Under the pieces are notes generated by a model. The model saw only the letters and a list, made by a program, of their open reading frames with translations. It had not been told where the DNA came from and did not search any database. From the human T2T-CHM13v2.0 reference genome, Homo sapiens, in the NCBI RefSeq assembly GCF_009914755.1, contig NC_060945.1: DNA of 64,000 bases. One strand, written 5' to 3'. The translations under genes were made by a program, and so were the position numbers. This document shows positions 58,527-64,000 of the stretch, piece by piece; the stretch's first letter is position 1; each line of letters opens with the position of its first letter.

Positions 58527-58843
58527 TTTCTTTTCTTTTCTTTTCTTTTTGAGACAGGGCCTGCTCTTTCCCCCAGGCTGGAGTTCAGTGGTGTAATCAT
58601 GGCTCACGGCAGCTTTGACTTTCTGGGCTCAAGCAATCCTCCCACCCCAGCTTCCCAAGTAGCTGGGACTACATGTGTACACCACTGTACCCAGCTAATT
58701 GATTTTTTTTTTTTTTTTTTTTTTTGTAGAGACGGGATCTTGCCATGTTGCCCAAGCTGATCTTGAACTTCCGGGTTCAAGCCATTTTCCTGCCTTGGTC
58801 TCCCAAAGTGCTGAGATTACAGGCATGAGCCACTGCGCCCAGC
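58527..58843 (-). mobile_element. Alu (AluJ-like)
   Basis: TSD aaaatactag. Confidence 0.88.
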
Positions 58844-59241
58844 TAAAATACTAGTTTTTGAAGGCATTTAAAGGAGTTGAAAGATTCAAAACAGCTCACA
58901 CACAAAAAGCCAGTATAATAACAACAAATTATAATAAAATAAAACATCTCAATATATATAAGTACAGCCATGGTTATCATGGTTGTTATTACGCCCTTCC
59001 CCTGCTTTGTTCCACATGTTCCATCTGCCTAGCCTCACTGTATTTAAGAGTCTGTGTACTGAGTTGTAGCAAAAGTATGTTGTATTCCTTTTATTATCTT
59101 TATTGCAGCTGGAAGGATCTCTGTGAAGATATTGCAACATAACAGTTGGTCAGAGCAGGTTAGAAACCTCTTCTTCCTTTCCTCTTAAGAAACAGATCTC
59201 TATCTTCCTGTGACAGACTAATTTAAAAAAAACAAAAAAGG

Positions 59242-59545
<304 letters not shown>

Positions 59546-59961
59546 GGAAATGGATCTCCTCCTCCCACCTTTGTCCTCTGAGCGGCAGCCCGAATGAATA
59601 GGAAGCTGTCAGCATCAGCCACGTATGCCCTGGAGAGTCACAAGCCTCACTGGTTTTCGGCATGGCTGCCTTTCTTCATCTCAATTGAGTAATCTTCAAA
59701 CCCTTGTTTCCCCACTCCACATTTCTTAGTATAAATATCATTTCAGTTCGCTTCTTGGGCTACGGATAAAGCAGAGGAGGGGTATGAAATTTTAGAAAAA
59801 TAGAGATGAATACTTTGTTTCAGTCCTTAATTTTACTGATGAGGAAACTGACTACTAAGAGGTTGCAGTAACTTTCCCAAAGTCATACAGCTAGTTAGAG
59901 TGTGGATTTCAGAGCCACACTGGATTTAACTTCCAGTGCTGTCATTTACTAGCTGTTTTGA

Positions 59962-60540
<579 letters not shown>

Positions 60541-60844
60541 GCAAACATTTTTTATCTTACGATTTCTGTGGGTCAGCAATCTGGGTGTGGCTTCGCTGGA
60601 TACCTCAGGCTCAGCATCTACTACAAAGCTGCATGATAGGTCATGCAAAATGCCATTTACATGGGTGTGAAAAGCAGGAAGTGGAATCATTGGAGACCAT
60701 TTTCCAGGCTGTCTAGCACAGAGTATCTGCTTCATAATGATTGATTTGGGATTAGATACTGGGTCAAGTAATAATGTCACCCACACAGATTATTGGATCA
60801 ATGTTCACCTGAAGGCTTTGTTCTCAGCCTGGTCTTGTTTAACA

Positions 60845-61147
60845 TGTTTGTTTTGTTTTGTTTTTTTGAGACGGAGTCTCGCTCTGTCACCCAGGCTGGT
60901 GTGCAGTGGCGCCATCTCTGCTCACTGCAAGCTCCACCTCCCGGATTCAGCCATTCTCCTGCCTCGGCCTCCTGAGTAGTTGGGACTACAGGCGCCCGCC
61001 ACCATGCCCAGCTAATTTTTTGTATTTTTAGTAGAGACGTGGTTTCACTGTGTTAGCCAGGATGGTCTCGATCTCCTGACCTCATGATCCACCTGCCTTG
61101 GCCTCCCGAAGTGCTGGGATTACAGGCTTCAGGCACCGTGCCCGGCC
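60845..61147 (-). mobile_element. AluY-like
   Basis: TSD tttaacat. Confidence 0.9.
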
Positions 61148-61898
61148 ACATTTAACATTTTTATCAGTGACTTAGATGATGATATAAAACAATAGTATCT
61201 AATTTTTCTTGATTATGTGTCAGTAAAAACTTGTAAGTGTTCACTTCAAATATATATATTTATTTATAAGTTAACACATGTGCCAGTGTTAATCTATTAA
61301 CTAATAGTGACTTACTTTCATTCATTCTTTAGATTTAAAAAGTTACAAATAGAAGTTCCATTATTTTTTCACCTGAATCCCAAAGGATTCTTATGTACTC
61401 TCTGGGTGTGCAAAACCCACCAACAGAGAAAGTGACTGAGAGATGGAGAATGTGGTGGATGTCACAGTCAGGATCTAAAGAAAGTACCAAGATTGGGGCT
61501 AAATCATGTAAACAATCAACATCCCAGGGGCACTGCTGGCACATGAATCACATTGTGGGGATCCTTGCAGAGGTGCCCTCTTTGAGCAGAAGAAAGACAA
61601 AGATTATCTCCTTCTTTAGGGAACAGAGTGTGGCGAACTGAGTCCAGGTTGGATTTCAGTCACTTCTCATCTGTGCCTCTTCTTGTGCAGTGCACAAAAG
61701 GTACAACAATCCATGGAGACCTGTGGCTTTCCATTAACAAAGAGGCCGTTCTTGGAATTTCAAGTCAGTTGACTTAACTGAGGCTCAAGAAACAGAAAAA
61801 TTAAGTATATGGTGGAAACAAGCCTCAGAAATAAGGCTAAATCTCAGCTTTTTAAGACATAGATCACACATTTGGCCAAGATATCAAGACTGACTTGA

Positions 61899-62063
<165 letters not shown>

Positions 62064-62199
62064 TGATTCTATGACCTTCTTGTTTTCATCTTTTTAGCCC
62101 CAAAAGGGGGGAGACTAGGTTCCCTTTTTAAAAGTGTGGACTGGATAAATGACTCAATTCTAAAGAATAAAATATGACGGAATATGTATAATTAGGTCA

Positions 62200-62735
62200 T
62201 AGAATGCCTCATGGCTTCTTTCTTATTCTCTCTTGGATTATGGACTCTGGGGGAAGCTGCCATGTGGTGAGGGCACTCAAGCAACCCTATAGAGGGGTCC
62301 ATGTAATGAGGAACTCAGGTCTCCTGCTAACAGCCATGTAAATGAGTCATCTTGGAAGCAGATCCTCCAGCCTTGGTCAAGCCATCACAGGACTGCTGCC
62401 CCCACCAGCTAACAGATCGATTGCAACTGCGGGACAGACTCTCAGCCAGAACCACCTAGCTAAGCTGCTCCCAGATTCTTGACCCATAGAAACTGTGAGA
62501 GGTAATGGGTATTTGTTATTTTAAGCTAGGGGTTGGCAAAGTACTGCTCCAAGGCCAAATCCAGTCTGCAGCCTGTCTTTGTAAATAATGTTTTATTGGG
62601 ACAAAGCCATGTCTGTTGGTTTATATAGTGTCTATGGCTACTTTCCCATTACAACAGCACAGTTGAGTAATTGTGATAGCAACTATGTGACCCACAAAGC
62701 TGAAGATGTTTACCATTTGGCCGTATGTTACAGAA
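62200..62735. mobile_element. MLT1-type LTR remnant followed by a MER58A-like fossil
   Basis: gccagaaccacctagctaagctgctcccagattc; ggggttggcaaa...ttgtaaataa. Confidence 0.65.
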
Positions 62736-62745
62736 GGAAGGTTCA

Positions 62746-63350
<605 letters not shown>

Positions 63351-64000
63351 TAAACTAAAATAAAAAGTTTGGCAATTCCTGTTTTAAGCTTTTGGAGTAA
63401 TTTTTTTTTTCTTGCACAGCAGTAGATACCTAATATGGAGGAAACTGACAATGCTTTAATTTGTGTTGAGAGCACCCAGCAACACAAACTCTTGCCATGA
63501 TGTTGTTTACTTTTTTCCCCTTCTTGATACATATTTGTTTTGTTGTAGTTTGTGTGTTTTTTGTTTGTTTGGTTTTTTGCAAATCAGTATCAGGCCTTGT
63601 GTCCCATGAGGCTCTGCTGCTCAAAGGGTGGTCCTTGGTCCCAGCAGCATCAGCACCAGCACAGACAACCCTTTAAAAACAACAGACATTTTTTTTTTCT
63701 CGGGGTTTTTTCTGTTCTCATTTCAAAACTATTCTTCATTTCTCCTCTTGGCAAGAGCTGTGGTTTACATGTAAACTATTGCTGTCTCTGCAGAAGAAAA
63801 TCACTTTCCCTACCTTTAAATGAGTTGACTTCTCATTCCATTGTTCGTGGCCTGTGTTGGTGATGCCTGTAGTAGTTGTTTCATTTCCAGTTGCATGGTG
63901 GACAGAACAATAAGCAAATCCCCCACGTGGAGGCAAGCTTTGCTGTTTTCAATTCTGTGCTAACCAGCCTTACGCACATGCTGTGAATTTGAGAACCTCC

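Overview
Human (primate) genomic DNA, AT-rich and dense in Alus. I recognise it from the spliced translations as the chr21 USP16-CCT8-MAP3K7CL locus. It holds three genes. (1) The last 9 coding exons of USP16 (+, 60-13632). (2) The complete 15-exon CCT8 gene (-, 33030 to 15917; exons sum to 1647 nt = 548 aa + stop), with a GC-AG intron 4, a CpG-island promoter and an intronic heat-shock element. (3) The 5' part of MAP3K7CL/C21orf7 (+), whose long-isoform N-terminus includes two exons carved from one antisense Alu, and whose upstream region carries a solo LTR12 nested in a MaLR LTR. The strongest unexplained signal is a diverged, in-frame duplicate of the CCT8 last coding exon inside intron 14 (16431 to 16339, IIMAKLAGGPKAPKPQGNWDRDGWQDTSHI*). 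Its divergence is mostly synonymous, it has an intact acceptor and an NMD-safe candidate donor, and RBFOX/QKI motifs lie downstream, suggesting a regulated swap of the CCT8 C-terminal tail. Several template-switch footprints are also visible. Most ORFs in the supplied track are Alu-derived or spurious. Repeat subfamily calls and boundaries were made by eye and are approximate.
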